Assembly: GCF_006345805.1 (NCBI RefSeq)
Contig: NW_021836438.1
Location: forward strand, 1-24,468
Direction of reading: 5' to 3'
DNA: 24,468 nucleotides
Source: Octopus sinensis
Lineage: Eukaryota
Of this stretch, positions 22,699 to 24,468 are shown one piece after another. Position 1 is the stretch's first letter; each line of letters opens with the position of its first letter. The position numbers and the translations under genes are program-made. A model generated the notes under the pieces. It was given only the letters and a program-made list of their open reading frames with translations, had not been told where the DNA came from and ran no database searches.

Positions 22699-23192
22699 AT
22701 GGCAAGAGAATTAAGGATGTTGAGATTAATGATTATAAGTATGTGAGTATTTTGTAGTACGACATAATCGAGGATAGTGAGACGAAGGAAAGATTTAGGC
22801 GGGAATACTTAAGAACCAAATTAATTTATGGAAAGCAGAACAGGGCAATGAATACATAGGTTGTTTCTCGAATGAGATACGGTGCAGTTGTTAGATGGAC
22901 GAAGAACGAACTTGAGGAAACACAGAAAACAAAAAAAGTAATAAGACTGAAAACAAAGAACTACACCTTAAAAGCGATATAGAAAGGCTATATATACAAT
23001 GTATAGAAGGTGGTAGAGGCCTTATACAGCTGGAAAACTATTATAAAATAACCACCATAGGACTGCAAAAATATTTACTTCAAAAGGAAGGAAAACTGAT
23101 ACAAATAGCGGCAAAACACGAGCAAAACAAAAAGCTGTTCTCAGTATTTAAGGAAGCTGACAAATACAAACAAGAAATTTTACACGTAACAA

Positions 23193-23328
23193 ATAAGAAG
23201 AAGAAGAAGAAAGAAGAAGAAGAAAGAAGAAGAAGAAGAGAAGAAGAAAGAAGAAGAAGAAGAAGAAAAGAAAAGAAGAAGAAGAAGAAGAAGAAGAAGA
23301 AGAAGAAGAAGAAGAAGAAGAAGAAGAG
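23193..23328. repeat. (GAA)n microsatellite
   Basis: Read directly from the sequence. Confidence 0.95.
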
Positions 23329-24230
23329 AACAAAAAGCTATAAAAGACAATGAAATCCAAACTAAAAACTAGAACAGCTATGGACCATGATAAAACGATG
23401 GCAAATACTGGACTGAAATAAATGCAAAAGAATATACAAAAGAAAAATCCCAGCAATGGTTGAGAAGCTCAGGACTCAAAGCAGAGACAGAGGATTTTTA
23501 ATTGCAGCACAAGACCAAAGCCTCCCCACCAGAAATTACCAAAACATATAATGAAAAGAAATATACATGTAACTGCAGAATATGTGGAGATGGACAAGAA
23601 ACAATAAATCATATTATCTCTGGTTCCCAGTCCTGGCTAAGAAGGAATATATTCACAGACAGACAGAGTTGGAACCTACATACATTGGAAGCTATGCCAA
23701 CATTATGGAATGACAACAGAAAAAAGATGGTATAGGCACATCCGAGAAAAGGTCACAGAAAACGAGAAAGCAACCATACTCTGGATATGCAGATCACAGA
23801 TATAGAGAATTAAGGCCAACAGACCAAATATAGTTGTCAGAGATCATGAAGAAAAAAATGCTTTCTACTGATGTATCAATACCAGCAGATGACAACAAAA
23901 TGTCTCTAAAGAAATGGAGAAACTTTCAAATACAAAGACCTGGAAATACAGGAGACTTGAATGTGGACTCAAAAACAGAAACAATTCCTATCATAGTAGG
24001 TACATTAGGCGTGATAAAAAATATTCAGACAAATACATAACAAAATCATCCGGACTTACAACACATATACATACGAATATCGCACTACTGGGCACTGCTC
24101 ACATCCTACGCAAACAAACTTTCAATACAGTAACCATCAGAGCATCACAACAAAACACAAGCACAACCCAAGCCACACAAAGCCGCGCTTGGTAGTGATG
24201 TGAAAACACGATATAAAAAAAAGCACTGAA

Positions 24231-24301
24231 TATAATAATTAATAATAATAATAATAATATAATAATAACAACAACAAAACAACAACAACAACAACAACAA
24301 C

Positions 24302-24372
<71 letters not shown>
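24231..24372. repeat. (AAT)n(AAC)n(AAT)n switching to (ATT)n
   Basis: Read directly; the strand switch is at about 24326. Confidence 0.95.
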
Positions 24373-24376
<4 letters not shown>

Positions 24377-24468
24377 TAGTTTTATTTTTATAGCGTGCTT
24401 TCACTTCACTACCGAGCACAGCTCTGTGTGCCTTGGGCATGTGCTGTGATTTGTTGTGATGCTCTGAT
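24373..24468 (-). mobile_element. 3' UTR of an R4/Dong-type element in opposite orientation (continues beyond the window)
   Basis: The reverse complement matches 2406-2501 with 2 substitutions. Confidence 0.85.

Larger units (their letters stand above)
22030..24230 (+). mobile_element. Second decayed R4/Dong-type element, interrupted by a SINE and a (GAA)n expansion
   Basis: ICMMPFGQILRKV, FSKDIGMVFG, [SINE], RMRYGAVVRWTKNELEE, KSDIERLYIQCIEGGRGLIQLE, WLRSSGLKAET..LIAAQDQSLPTRNY, CRICGDGQETINHIISG, RPNIVV, TIPIIVGTLG, IALLGTAHILRK, then 3' UTR and (TAA)n. Confidence 0.85.

Noticed and set aside
21870-23328. Similar interruption patterns in two (GAA)n tracts
   Set aside because: Low complexity; slippage or read indels explain it.

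Overview
AT-rich, microsatellite-saturated eukaryotic DNA. The SINE families resemble ones I recall from octopus genomes, so a cephalopod host is inferred, not proven. No complete host gene is visible, and most ORFs in the track are microsatellite artefacts. Contents: the 3' part of a tRNA-Gln(CTG) at the left edge; several tRNA-derived SINEs; a young 5'-truncated CR1-group LINE with an uninterrupted RT frame (12864-14250) nested in an older R4/Dong relic; and several decayed R4/Dong elements at (TAA)n repeats, including a tail-to-tail pair at the right edge. The signal the ORF track misses is a set of short non-coding inserts beside (TA)n/(CA)n tracts carrying minimal type-I hammerhead ribozyme (HHR) motifs of the Penelope-like-element (PLE) kind, almost all on the minus strand. 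They include a canonical HHR (8826-8898), a U3-A8 compensated-core HHR (9401-9442), an HHR whose stem-II loop holds a Dong 3' end (2268-2552), a long-stem HHR (15141-15237), and a tandem-plus-inverted 366-bp unit (6777-7406). Three weak phase-compatible exon candidates on the plus strand hint that the region may be intronic. All structures were paired by eye; no folding or database search was run.
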